Assembly: GCA_001244265.2 (NCBI GenBank) | Contig: CDLV01000004.1 | Span: 1,736,001-1,800,000, forward strand | DNA length: 64,000 nucleotides | Source: Microbotryum violaceum | Lineage: Eukaryota | Reading direction: 5' to 3' | Shown here: piece by piece, positions 53,438 to 64,000 of the stretch | Numbering within the stretch: the first letter of the stretch is position 1 | How the letters are laid out: the number at the start of each line of letters is the position of its first letter | Program-made: the position numbers and the translations under genes | Notes under the pieces: model-generated | Told to the model about the DNA's origin: nothing | Database searches by the model: none | What the model saw: the letters and a program-made list of their open reading frames with translations, nothing else

Positions 53438-56400
53438 ATGCCGCCGAAGAGAAGATACAAGTCCAAACCGTCGGTCTACAAATTGCAGGTCACCTTCTGT
53501 GCTTCCGAGTCGCGGTGTGCTACGGACGTCGAACGCTTGGCCCAACTAGGGTTCATCTCTTCGACCGCTTCAATGCCGATGACCGCCTTCTCATTTCGAC
53601 TGGTCGAGCAGGCCCACGCAAGCTGGAAGGTCAGCCCCCGCGATATCACCGGCTATGCGGACGGCCTCGAAGAGTATTACTCCCGTTGTGGGTGGGGTCG
53701 GGGTCACTATACGGGACATTCTTGGGTGAGTTTGGACGCCGCCATCGTCTCATGGGCACATGCTTAAAGCCTGCCTTCCGCGCATACAGGACAAAGACCT
53801 TCGGAAGCAACGCGATCGACGAGTTACCGCGCTCTCGAAACATGCGAGGAGGACAGCGGGGACCTTCTCGCAGGCACCGTCGATTCGTATTCCAACAAGT
53901 GTCCCGCGTGCTTCGGGCCAACGCGGCTTAATCAACCTTGTCACGACGTCACATTGGATTGCGTGCTTGCATACGACGGCAACTTTCAGCAAACGCGTGA
54001 GAAAAACTCGAACCACGACCAGATTGTTCAGGACACTTTCTTGGGTGAGGAAGAGGTTCAGACGATGAAGGCCGAGGTTGAAGCTTCGGTGCGGCCGACC
54101 AAAAAGGTGAGTAATGCCGCTCTTTGCATTTGCCTTAATGGGATCGCTTACCTCTACACCCACCCACCGTCATAGGCGTGCACAGAGTCGTGGAAGGCTG
54201 CCGACGACGGAGCTGGCTCAACCTCGTCACGAGTAGTCGACACCGGACTCGTTGCCTGCGTATACCGTCATGACGTGAACCTGAAAATGGTCAATCTTGA
54301 GAGGTCTGGTGAAAAGTAAGCGCGGAGCTGTCTGGCGGGACTTAGTCGCTTCCGCTTTCCTCTCGAATCCCAGTACTAATGCGCAGATTCCCCTCCGACC
54401 ACTCAGATTGTACTATGCGCTTGCCATCCTCAAGCACATTTCAGAGCGCCTTCCTGAACACGCCAAGATTGGAGTCTTATACGACATTGCTTGTAACTTC
54501 AAGCACCACATTGAAAAGGTTCGCATCTATTACGACGGGTCCCTTCCTCCTCAATTTCGTTGGCACTGACCAAATGCGCCTACTTTATCATTTGTCACCA
54601 GAGGCAGCTCCTGCCAAAGCTTTTCAAGCGACTGGAGTTCGCCACGAGCGTCTTCCATGCATACGCCCATAGCTGGTCCTGCCAAGTCGAGTTCGACCCG
54701 CGCCTCATTCCGAACTTCGGGCTGACTGATGGAGAGGGCTGTGAGCGATTGTGGAGCGGGCTACGGTCGCTCATTCCCATCAACCGCCCCTCGAACAAGT
54801 CCCATCGCTTCGTCAACCTGGCCGTCCGTATCCAAGCACTGAATGACGCGACCGTCAACAAGCTGGGTAAGCCGCACCTGGATCGCAATTATCTCAATCA
54901 CAATGCTGACACTCGATATGTTTTATTTAGGGGCCTGGTTCTATCGTCGCTACCATGAGGCAAACGACAAGGGTGTCGCTGCTGAGGAAGAGCTAATAGC
55001 ATCATTGCCTACGATTCGAGGTTGACCGAAGATGCGCTCCGCCGCGAGTGGGAAGAACAGCGACTGGCGCAAGTGCCAAAGACAGCTGCGCAGCAATCGG
55101 AGGCGGATCGCCTGAGGGAGAGCGACCTCTATGGACTTGTAGAGAGCCTCTACAAGATTGAGTCGCGAATGTACGTAGATCATCTGGCCAGGCCGTCGCT
55201 CATTGTCTATGATTCTGACTTGCTGGGCTTCTACAAAGGGATACCGAAGAGCCCGATTCAGACGTCTTGGAATCGCTAAGCGCCAAACGCCGCAGCCTCG
55301 GGATGGACATCGATCGAGCGGCAACGGCACAGGCTCGTGATGTCACGGGCCTCTCGTCCAGAGGTCAGTTAATGTGTGTTGCTCACATGATTGCTGTAGC
55401 TTGCACTGATAGCTTAGGTGCTGTGCGGAACTTCGACATCTGTTCCAGTGCTCTGTGGCGTTGCGCAAATTTCATCTCGAGGTGATTGCCTACAAAACCA
55501 GTCGGGAGAAGCTACTTTCGACGGGTCGTGGCAAGGGAGGTGCAAAGCTAGGTCAACGAGCGGTCAGCAAAGCTCGTGCTACAGACGGCAAGATTCATTC
55601 TGGCGCGGAAAAGGCTCGCAAGACGTACAACAAGGCCGTTGAGGCCTTCCGTCTCGCGATGGGATCAACACCTTCGAGCCTACTCAACAATCTCCGGATT
55701 TCCGACAGCTTGAAATCTGCGATCGACCTCGATGAGACGGACCCGTTCTGGCAGGACGGCTTTTTCACGCACGTTGAAGCTGCTTGGGCTGTCAATCCTT
55801 GGGTCAAGCGAGGAGTAACAGCTGGGCGAGCCGAGGATCGAGTCGGTGAGGAGAAAGCGCGGATCGGCGCCGAGGTGCGGCAAGCTTTGGCTTGGCTCGA
55901 AGATGAAAAAACTTGTCTCACTAGTTGCCAGACACTTTGGACTAACGTGTCGGGTAAGTTTTCGACACGGCGTGCTCCATATCACCTCTTAGGTCGCCCT
56001 AACATCTTTCAAACCATCTCAACAGATAGCCTTCCTGAATCCATCGACCCAGCTGATGCCAAGTCCATATTCAGCACTGAAGATGTTGAAGAGATCCGAG
56101 GCCGCGCGCTCATCCTACTAGATCGCCGGATGGAGCTTCTGCAGCTGCGCGAATGTTCTTGGTCCCAGAACAACTATTTCTTCGATGTTTGGCTCGAGAC
56201 TCGCGGGCAGTCAGAGGGCCATTCCGAGCCCATGCCTCCTGCACTGTCAGAACTTCGTGGTTTACATCAACGATTGAACGCAACGGGAAGAGCTGTCAAG
56301 AAGGCAAAACATCGCGAGCGACCTGCACATAATCGATCCGGAACACGCGGTACTATGGAGAGATCTGGCCTCGACGACTCGGCGGGGCCTCCACCGCTGG

Positions 56401-56591
56401 CCCGTGACGTTCAGCAAGTGCGGGCCATTGAGGCACAGATGGATATGAGCGACGGGGCTGAACTCGCAAAGGAGGTGGGGCCTCTCTCCGCACGACTCCT
56501 CGAGCAGGACGGTGAGATGGGCCGCTCTTCAGATGAAAGCTACGGCGATGACTTCGCTGGTCAGGAAGACGAATACTTCTCGGACGTTTAG
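53438..56591 (+). pseudogene. CxC1-KDZ transposase, multi-exon, probably disrupted
   Basis: CxC1-like FC....C....RLAQLGF.ST...TAFSF; CPACFG; AYDGNF; YRHD; LYDIACNF; FHAYAHSWSCQ; FGLTDGEGCERLWS. A 1-nt deletion at ~54992 relative to the copy at 1271-2480, and an apparent frame break near 53810. Confidence 0.88.
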
Positions 56592-56799
56592 ACCAGCTTC
56601 TGATGTAAATTGAGTTAGTGGAGCAACCTAATGTTGAAACAGTGGAAATGGTGTTTGCAAACTATAGTCGTCTCAATTGCGGTGGGTGAGAGTAATAACA
56701 CCGTCTTCTAGAAAGAAATATTGCCAGACCTAATCTCTGGGCTGCGCCTGCCTTACTAGGCTCCTGCCGGGTGACTTGCCGGGTGACTTTTCAATCAAA

Positions 56800-57078
56800 G
56801 CGCATGCAATTGCTCGAGTACCTAGAATGTCTACCACGTGAAAATGGGTGAGTGGGTTCGATCACTATAGAGAATTTATCTCCTACATTCGGACAGGCTT
56901 GAATAGCAAAGTTGGCATGTGCGTGCAAGCCCTTCTTCCGAACAAGATGGCTCGGCGGTTTCCCTTACCAGTGCCGAGGGTCATTTCAGTCAAAACGCAT
57001 GCAACTGCTCGAGCACCTAGAAGGTCTACCCCGTGAAGATGGGTGAGTGGGTTCGATCACTATAGAGAATGTATCTTC
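56800..57078 (+). repeat. ~80-bp direct repeat pair inside KDZ element
   Basis: CGCATGCAA.TGCTCGAG.ACCTAGAA.GTCTACC.CGTGAA.ATGGGTGAGTGGGTTCGATCACTATAGAGAAT at ~56801 and ~56996. Confidence 0.9.
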
Positions 57079-58462
57079 TTCCGAACAAGACGGCTGGGCG
57101 GTTCACTCTCTCTGAGAATTCCCGCTCGAAGGACTCGACTTTCTGCCATGGCGCGGCCAAAGAACCTTTGCACCAATCCCCATCCCTGCTACTGAGACTT
57201 TGCGCGTGTTTTAAGAAAAGCTTGGTGTCAACAAGTCTATGCTTGACGGGAAGTCGGAGATCGTTTTTCCTCACCTCCTAGACTGCGCACACCGGTGACG
57301 AACAAGACCTTTCATGGCGTCAAATCAATTAGATCCGCGCATACAGCAAACAGAGATGATGATGCAATTATAACCCTTAGTTAGGAGCTTCAGGAGACCC
57401 ATCCGGGAAGTCAGGTCAACCATCAGTGGACCGCTCGATGCTGCGACACTCTTCGGACGGCTCTCATGGCCGACAATACATCAGAGCCCGGGTAATATCA
57501 TAGAGTCATAATCTGAGAACATGCCTAACTCGAAGATCGCGATGAGAGCTGAATGGCCTCATACCGCCGAGTCTTTGTACATTCGGATTCACCAGAAATG
57601 CCACTGACAATTCATCTTAGTGCGGCGAACTTAATGCAAGAATTCTTTCTGCTTTGAGCACTCACCATGTGGTCTGAGGATTGGCGGCCTATCTCATTGA
57701 CGAGAAGGGATGTTTCTCAAGTAAGAGGTAGGTATGAGCGGCCCATCGAGAACTTTCCAGTTTCAGACGCTTTCAAGTCAGCCGCCGGGTACGGCTGCCG
57801 ATTTGCCACTGCATCGATTACTGTGTCTCGGAGTCAATTGGGCTTTTTGGTTCAAAAGCCTGTTACAAGCCTAAGCCTTCCATGTTCTCACCGAATATAT
57901 TATCGAGTACGACCCGCCTCTCATCAAGCACGTATTTCGTCGCTACTTCGCTACTTACGACTGATTTCCTACGTGTTCTGCTCCGCTTCATTTGCGCGTT
58001 CAGGCTCAGCTTCTTCTAGGAGCGCGCGCCGCTTGAAGTCAATCGGCCGGGGGTCGTCACCGTGGCCCAGCAGTTCTGATTGGCACTTTGGCGAAGACCG
58101 AGCCCGGCCAGATGCAACCCTTGCCCGTTCACTTTAGTGCTCATAGATGATAAGAAGATGCTAACATATACTGCAATTTGTGGAATCGCGTTGCGAATTC
58201 TGTTCATTCATTCTTTTGCTCAAAGAGTCACTTCCGGAAAGTAGACGCTCCGTCTGGTCCACGGATCAGGGAGCACTCCATTCTCACTGGGCAATTCAAC
58301 TCTACATAGTACTTCGAGAACAACCCAGCAGAACAAGAAGGATAACGTTTGTGAGCAGGGTTACGTCCCTGGCACATCCCTTGTCAACAAGGAGAGGTCG
58401 GTCTCGAGCGGCCCAGGAGAAGATTAGGTACGAAGGGCAACGAACAATTACCCTCTCCGCCT

Positions 58463-60309
58463 TTAGTCACCAAGAGCCGGATGCATATGAAGCAAAACTA
58501 TAAAAGAACGATTGTGGTGGCCTGTGTTGTCCAACGAATTCTGGCCCTTCAACAGCCAAGATCTCCGCACCGCATGCGCGTCGACGAGTCCGGCTGGCGC
58601 TGAAAGCTCGGCCATCGTCACCTCACTCGCTGTACTCGTCGGAGCTCGTGTTCCGAGTCCGCCGGTCAGCATCGCTGTTGCCGCCTTCATCGCCGTCGGC
58701 CATTGCCTAGTCTGCACTTGACCCGATTACCTCTTCCTCCAGCCTGAAGCTCAGCTCGCCTGCACGCAGCAATGGGATGATCCGATCCAGGTCGTCCCAA
58801 CAACTTGAGCTTGCTACTCGGGCTTCGGAAATCCGCTTTGCGAAGGAGCGCGCCGCGCTGAACAATGATTCTGGCGTTGTCCCTGAGGGCCTTTACGTCA
58901 TAGACGAACTTGGGCGATTGGATCTTCTCGCCGTCCAGCACGGAGCGTTGGCGCAGCGCGGACTCTGAAGACAGCGAGCCGGGTCAAAATTAGGCATGCG
59001 TATGGAAGAGTAGGCAGGCTACACTTCTTGTACTCACGGAACAGTTCCTTGAGGATGATGTTGTACCATTGGCATTTGGTCTCAACGTTTTTTGTCGGCC
59101 ACGGGTGCGTTCCAAGCTGTGAGCAGACATTCGCTGATACATCAATTGACCTCTACTAGCTGTTGCCCTTTCCTGAGATCCGGTAAAATCTCGCCACTCA
59201 CCGGCGCTGACAATGCCGGCCCGCTTGTCTGCTATAATCGCTGTGCCTGCGACGCAATGCGCAAAGTCGCGGACCAGCGGTCCCTGCCCCTTGTCGGCCC
59301 AACCCTGTCGAAGCGCAAACGCCGCCCCGCCCACGGAAGCGACCACAAAGTGCTCCTTGTTGGTCTCGGGTAAATTCGAGGAGGCGATAGCAAACATCTC
59401 GATGCCGTACTTGTCCGAAAAGATATTGGCCTTCCGAAAAGGGAACGGTGAAGAATCGATAAGCAAAAGGGCCTCCGATCTGAAGCTTGGACTCAGAAGG
59501 ACTCTCACCAAGGATGTCAAGGATGCTTGCAGTCCCTGCCTCGCCTTTTTGATCATGGCCAGGTTCGTTCTGCTTCGAGGCTGCGGAGCCGATGCAAGGT
59601 GGGCCGCTCGAAGCGGTGGATCCGATGAAAGGTGCGCGGCCGCATCGTCCTCGGCCTGCTCCAATGCAAGAGCCGCGAGACACTCCGCCTTCTCAACCTC
59701 ACTGCTGCAGATTCTGTTCCAATACACGCGCGCTAGGTCCTTCCTTTGCATCAATTTGGTTGGAACTGAATGTACTTATAGAATGCATTGCTCAGCGTTG
59801 ATTTGGTCAGGATAGACGAGAAGGCCGAAGTTGAAGCGCTGGCTTACCGGTATGCCCGTCGTTGATTAGAAGCGCTGCAAAGAATCGTCTTTTCTGAAAG
59901 TCGTTCCATGGGTTGCTCGCCGACAGCCGGCTAACGGGCGAAGTGACCTGTCTCAAGTCGTCCGGCCGAATCTTATTCTCGATGCAGTATTCGAATTCTT
60001 TGTACAACCTCTGCACAGCCCACGCCTTATGTTGTTCTCGTTCCGTCTTGTTGGGGTTGCGCGTATCAGCGGAGTACGCCTGCTCGTATAGCTCCTCCGG
60101 CAACAGCCTCTTCGCCGGCGTCCAACTTGCTGTCCTCCGCTCGGTCGTCGAAGCCGGGAGCTTTTTCGGTGCAGCATTGGATGGTATTCCGGTCGGAGCG
60201 AACTGGTAAGGTGCTGTGGAAAGGAACGACTGATGGACCATCGAACCGCCGGCACCGTCCTCTGCAGACACTGACTGCGGGGACGCTCGCGGGTGGTTCG
60301 ACTCCATCG
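58463..60309 (-). CDS. KDZ accessory protein, multi-exon, with HMG-box-like segment
   Basis: ORFs 59807-60361 and 58990-59754 can be spliced via GTAAGC (~59847) and ...ATAAG. NPWNDFQK...RKDLARVYWNRI resembles HMG helices. Linkage to the 58463-58941 ORFs is inferred. Confidence 0.5.
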
Positions 60310-61099
60310 TAAGAGCGCAATGCGAACCGAAATAGCTGGGATGGAGTCGGATTTGCAGCATAAGAACCAGGCATCCCGTAACGAACGGGATGGGTTGAAA
60401 ATCTACCCACGAGAGACTGTAGGGTGGGTGGGAGGAGACGAAGATAGAACGACTATGCTTGTAAAGCGCGATTCTATTAGTACTCGGAATACTGCAAAGA
60501 CTCTGAGGACTATGGCATACCTATGCTTGTAAAGCGTGTCGCTTGGAGACAAGAAGACAGCAAAGGAAACAGACCTCGGACGCTGGCACATCGAGGTTGG
60601 GTCTGTGTAGCAAGGTAGCCAAGTCAGTCAATGTGTCCAACAAGGACAGTCGAGAGTAGGAGTACCCTAAGGTAGAGCCTGAAGGTGGGTGATGTACCTC
60701 GGCTCTTTGAGCGAGACGCAGTCGAACCCGAAAGAGGCACAGCACTGGCAGGTGCAGGCGGACGGCTGCATACAAAGTATGGAGCGTCAGTCAATCATCC
60801 AACAAGGAGTGTTGAAAAGAGAGGCGTACACAGTGGCAGCTGTTCGTCGTCAACTGGTAAGGCAGAAGACTGGAAGGCGGAAGCTGTACGGTATCGCTGG
60901 GGGTGTCCTGTGAGAAGCTCGGAACCTGTCAGCCAATTGGCGTCAGGAAGAGTTCAAGGAAGGCCACTGACCTTGGCAGGAGGTGGCAGAGGTACACAGC
61001 GATACTGGTACGGCAACGGCATGCAGTGGGAACTGAAAGGTGCGGCAGGAGCTGGCTTGGTAAACTCTTGCGCAAGTGCGGCTTACAGACCAAGGCTCG

Positions 61100-61200
61100 A
61101 GGCAGGCGTGCGGGACACGGCTTACTGCAGGAAGGGCAGGCGTGCGGCGCACGGCTTATTGCAAGAGGGGCAGGCGTGCGGGCACGGCTTACTGCAAGAA
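61100..61200 (+). repeat. 3x ~33-bp tandem repeat
   Basis: GGCAGGCGTGCGG.CACGGCTTA.TGCA.GA.G repeated three times. Confidence 0.85.
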
Positions 61201-63171
61201 GGGTAGAGGTCGCGCGCGCTTGAGTCCTCGGCGTCAAACTCTTGCAGCAAAAGCAGAAAAGACCATCAGCGATGCGCGGCCTGCCTCCTCGTTTTGGGAA
61301 ACTTGTGCGGCCCGCGACGTTTGGCAATCGTGAGCGGAAGGCTAAGTAGTATTTGGCAAACCTGCCGCGTCAAAGACAATACCCGTGCTGTCGGAATTGT
61401 TTCCTCCTTGTTCGACCATACTTGCGATGCTTGCGAGATTGTTCCTTGTTGGCGGAGCTAGATATGGGCCATCGATGCGTCCAGGATCGGGGAACGTAGG
61501 ACGGTAAACTGGTTGATTGGACAAAGCAGATCCCGGAGACGATGGATAGTTGTACGACGCAGGATTCGAGATGGCCGTTACGCCAGCGGAAGTGGACGCT
61601 GGATCGGTTGCACGACGGTGTAACGTCAGAACAGACCGATGCTATACGCGATCGACGCGACGGCCACCCACGGACCCGAATAGTCGTTATATGCGGACTG
61701 ATAGGGAGTCCAAGGCAAGGTGCACGACTCGTACCTAGAGGCAGCTTATGAACCTATGTGTCAGATGTGATCGTGAGCCGGTAGTCCAGGCAGAGCACCC
61801 GTGTCGATCGGCGGCAAACATACTGCTGTTCATCGCCGGAGCGCCAAACGTTGGCTGCGATTTGGAAGGTAGTTGATGGGATTGACTCATCATGACAGGA
61901 GCAGCAAGACTATGACTGATCCGGTATTTCGAAGTGGGCGTTCGTTTCAGACTGTCGCAAGGTGACGGATGCTTGTTTCTAGTTCGTTACTTCGTATACG
62001 TAGTAGGGGGCGATTGAGCAAAGCAAAAGAATGGGCGGTATGCGCGAGCGCGACGCGTCGCGGCCCTCTCCAGCGTCTCCGGAGTCGTGACGCGTCGACG
62101 TCCCGGCCAGTCCCGGCCCCAATTGTTCCACGCGACCCGTGCCGAATCACGTGTTCGAGGTAGCGCTCTTGTTCAGCTTGCAGAGGACAATAGTAACTCT
62201 CAAAATATATGCAAAAATCCGAATGCACTATTACTCGCCGACTGTGCCTTTGTTTCCAGGTTTTCCACCGAGTTATAGTGGGAGTGAACGTCTCGGTAGC
62301 TCGACATCGAGGTGGGCATACCTCAACGTGGCCAAGTCGGCGCCCTGGGGTAGCAAGGGTACACCCCGCTGGGGCAGTGACTTGGAAGGCACGTGAGGGG
62401 GCGCTGCGCGCGCGCCTGGTTAGGCGTATTTTTTATGTCTGCCCGAGGTGGGAGAGACCTAAGCTCAACTAAGCCCTCCCTCTGGGAGGGGCTTACGAGT
62501 TATCGGCGCGCTTGGCCCAGTTGCCCTCCGAAATTTCAGGGCTATTTTGGGGTGGTTCTCTGTAACTTGGCAAGTAAACGCATTCATGCAAAAGTGAGGG
62601 ATAATATTTTTCTTTGCGCTCTAAAAATGACATACCCCAAGCGGTGAGATCTTTCATAAGCTGTGGGTGGAGCTACAACGATCCGAAGTCTGCGATTTCG
62701 GTCGATCGGGCCTCAGATGGTCCGAGCGCATCGTATAATTGGCGCGCTCATCATCGGCGAGCCTGCTCTGTTCGGCTTGATCCCCTTGCGTACGCTTCGC
62801 TGTTCTCCTCTTTTCACAAGGATTGTTGGCCACGTCAAGCGCGACAATATCTGAAACCAAAAATAATGCGAACAAGCAGACACCATACCTCATCAACTTG
62901 CCAGAACAACCGCCGCGAGGCGGATCCGTATTCGCTGAATTTTGTAGCCGCGATCTCTCGCTATGTCAATACCTGTCGTGGTATTTCAGCCCAACCACAC
63001 GATTTGGAGGCGTTCAAACACACCGACCAAATCTGTTCAACAGCAACTGGTCTAGCCTTAATCGTGTACATGTTCTCTTTCTACGACTTGCACGCGAGGA
63101 TGGCGCAGAGTCAAGAACTTGAAGCCGACTCAATCAATGACTGGATCGCCGAGCAGGTGGACAACACTTCG

Positions 63172-64000
63172 TGTTGAAGTAAATTACTCTTGCCTTAAAT
63201 CCGCACTACGCGCGTCTCCACTTTATATTAGTCGCGCGCGCGATTCGCGTCTTTGTCTCCTCTTCACTTGATTACGAACTCATTGGCTCGTCCTTGCCGC
63301 CAACTCGTTCAGCACATCGCTGTTCAGTTTCAATAGGTTACGAGCCCAACCGAACGGCCAGTCAATTCGAGTCATCAAGACATGAGCACTCCGCTCATGG
63401 TCACAGGGGGAACAACCCCTATCGTCCTCGTCAAACCACGCGATGTTGACCCATCATGCCATCTGCGAAACGCTGGGGGCTGGTTGCAATGGATCGACGA
63501 CGTGCGAGGCGCCCTTGGCGGCGACTATTGGAACTGCACCCTCGCGACGCCCGTCCAATCACCCAACACGGGCACGGATCTCGATCACGCCAATTTCCAA
63601 GCGGTCGCGCTGCTGATGCGTTCTGTCTCACCGGACATCCGAAAACACATAAGGATGGTTACGACCACACTCCTGCGGAAGTCTTACAGATGATCAAGAA
63701 GGCGGTCGGTACCGGCACGGTGGCTGACATTCTCATCCGTCTCCAAGCGTTGCTCGACGTGGGACCCCCTCCCACCGGCATGGACGCCTTCGCAAAGTAC
63801 CAAGCGACGACCATTGAGCTATTTAACACGCTCTTGGGACACGAGCTTACTTTCGAGCAGATTGTGTTGTTCCGCCTTGTCCACTTTGGCAAGGATCTGT
63901 ACCGTGAATACTACACGCAAACACTTCGGCAAGGATTGGATAGGCTACCGAGCCCAACGGAGGACCTCCAGTCGCTCCACACACAGGCGGATCAGACGCC
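63172..64000 (+). mobile_element. 5' end of a Ty1/Copia LTR retrotransposon: LTR 63172-63335, PBS 63336-63347, gag from 63382 (frameshift near 63680)
   Basis: TGTTGAA...TTCAATA termini are immediately followed by GGTTACGAGCCC (fungal Copia PBS type). gag-like N...WLQW...V...L...W...AVALLMRSVSPDI. Confidence 0.8.

Larger units (their letters stand above)
52963..62450 (+). mobile_element. KDZ superfamily (CxC1/Kyakuja-type) DNA transposon, ~9.5 kb, ~120-bp TIRs
   Basis: TIRs at 52963-53083 (CACCTCGGGCAGACATAAAA...) and 62330-62450 (...TTTTATGTCTGCCCGAGGTG). No target-site duplication seen. Confidence 0.92.

Noticed and set aside
62614-63177. 187-aa ORF ending at the Copia LTR
   Set aside because: No recognisable domain; left unannotated.

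Overview
Eukaryotic, intron-containing DNA that looks like basidiomycete fungus (GT-AG introns of 50-90 nt; KDZ, GCM-MULE and Ngaro-type elements). The window is dominated by nested, mostly decayed transposons. A few host genes survive among them: a single-domain RNase III protein, a divergent STE12-type (STE domain) factor, a mitochondrial 2-oxodicarboxylate carrier and an LTE1-like RasGEF. Mobile content includes a TIR-bounded MULE (WRKY/FAR1-like finger, DDE, SWIM, Ulp1) and a second MULE whose reading frame fuses a GCM domain and DDE transposase to a USP-fold cysteine protease. There is also a 9.5-kb CxC1-KDZ (Kyakuja-type) element with ~120-bp TIRs, plus an internally deleted inverted copy 50 kb away. 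Two Helitron-type remnants, a DIRS/Ngaro retroelement, two Copia pieces, a pogo-like remnant and a mosaic mitochondrial insertion (cox1/nad2/nad4/LAGLIDADG scraps) complete the picture. The most unusual item is the GCM-MULE-USP polyprotein. All calls come from reading motifs by eye; no database searches were run.
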